In this document: positions 63,410 to 64,000 of the stretch, piece by piece
How the letters are laid out: the number at the start of each line of letters is the position of its first letter
How positions within the stretch are numbered: the first letter of the stretch is position 1
Source of the DNA: Camelus ferus
Lineage: Eukaryota
Assembly (NCBI RefSeq): GCF_009834535.1
Contig: NC_045697.1
Coordinates: 9,736,001 to 9,800,000, forward strand
Direction: 5' to 3'
Length of the DNA stretch: 64,000 nucleotides
The notes under the pieces: generated by a model
Databases searched by the model: none
The model's input: only the letters and a program-made list of their open reading frames with translations
Told to the model about the DNA's origin: nothing
Made by a program: the position numbers and the translations under genes

Positions 63410-63635
63410 GGGAAGTATGTGGTTATGGATAAGAAAACGTGGTTTCACTTCATACACCCTGTCTCTGCTATTTACTAGCTGTGTGATCTTGGGCAAATTG
63501 TATTACCTCTTGGTTCCTCAATTTCCTCATCTGTAAAACACAATTATAATACCTATCTAGGCAGGTTGTCAAGTGAAATGGCAATAATGTGTAAAATACA
63601 CAGCACAGTGCCTAAAGTAATCAATAAATGATCCA
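63410..63635 (+). mobile_element. MIR SINE
   Basis: 'ctctgctatttactagctgtgtgatcttgggcaaattgtattacctcttggttcctcaatttcctcatctgtaaaa'. Confidence 0.85.
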
Positions 63636-63642
63636 TCTATAT

Positions 63643-63819
63643 CAGTGGTTCTCAGCCTCGGATGAAAATTAGAATCACTTGAGGAGTTTTAAAAATACCA
63701 TGTCCAGGCTTCACCCAAGACAATAAAATCAGAATCTCTGAAAGTAGGGCTCAGGCCAACGATTTTTTTTTTAAAGCTCCCCGGTGATTCTAATGTGTAG
63801 CCAGGGTTGAGAACTACCA
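63643..63819 (+). mobile_element. MER5-family (MER5B-like) hAT-Charlie MITE
   Basis: 'cagtggttctcagcctc...ttagaatcacttgaggag...aatcagaatctctg...aaagctccccggtgattctaatgtgtagccagggttgagaactac'. Confidence 0.88.
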
Positions 63820-64000
63820 ACCTGAAATCAACAGCATATACAGTACATGAGAATATAATTTTTGTATTGAAATATGGTTGTGTAATATAGTGTGATGCCA
63901 GTTAATCAAGTGGCCCAAAGAATTTCAAAACCTGTCTGGTCTTTTAGTTTGGGGAAAAAAAAAAAAAGAGTAAATTGAAAGGAGTAGTTAAATGACAATG

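Overview
This is non-coding mammalian genomic DNA, intergenic or deep intronic. It is most likely camelid, judged from a Vic-1-type tRNA-derived SINE at about 25.2 kb, a cetartiodactyl-type L1 3' end at 40.9 kb, and no recognisable Alu, B1, Bov-tA or PRE1. I cannot support any protein-coding gene: the listed ORFs are chance ORFs or decayed L1/L2 reading frames. Much of the window is old interspersed repeat (MIR, L2, L1M, L3/CR1, MaLR/ERVL solo LTRs, hAT and Tc-mariner MITEs) plus microsatellites. The notable structures are: (1) a full-length U6 snRNA retrocopy that appears fused to about 280 nt of non-L1 sequence, all bracketed by a 15-bp target-site duplication (TSD); (2) a polyadenylated LTR-like fragment with a TSD, apparently retroposed by L1 machinery; (3) a 25-bp-stem hairpin inside a MER58A; (4) an inverted ~240-bp second copy of an ORF1 segment inside a 5.7-kb L1; and (5) several plus-strand exon-like or recursive-splice-like motifs and small regulatory motif clusters. 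I see no evidence for a new multi-gene system. Repeat family names come from recalled consensus sequences, and boundaries of old repeats are approximate.
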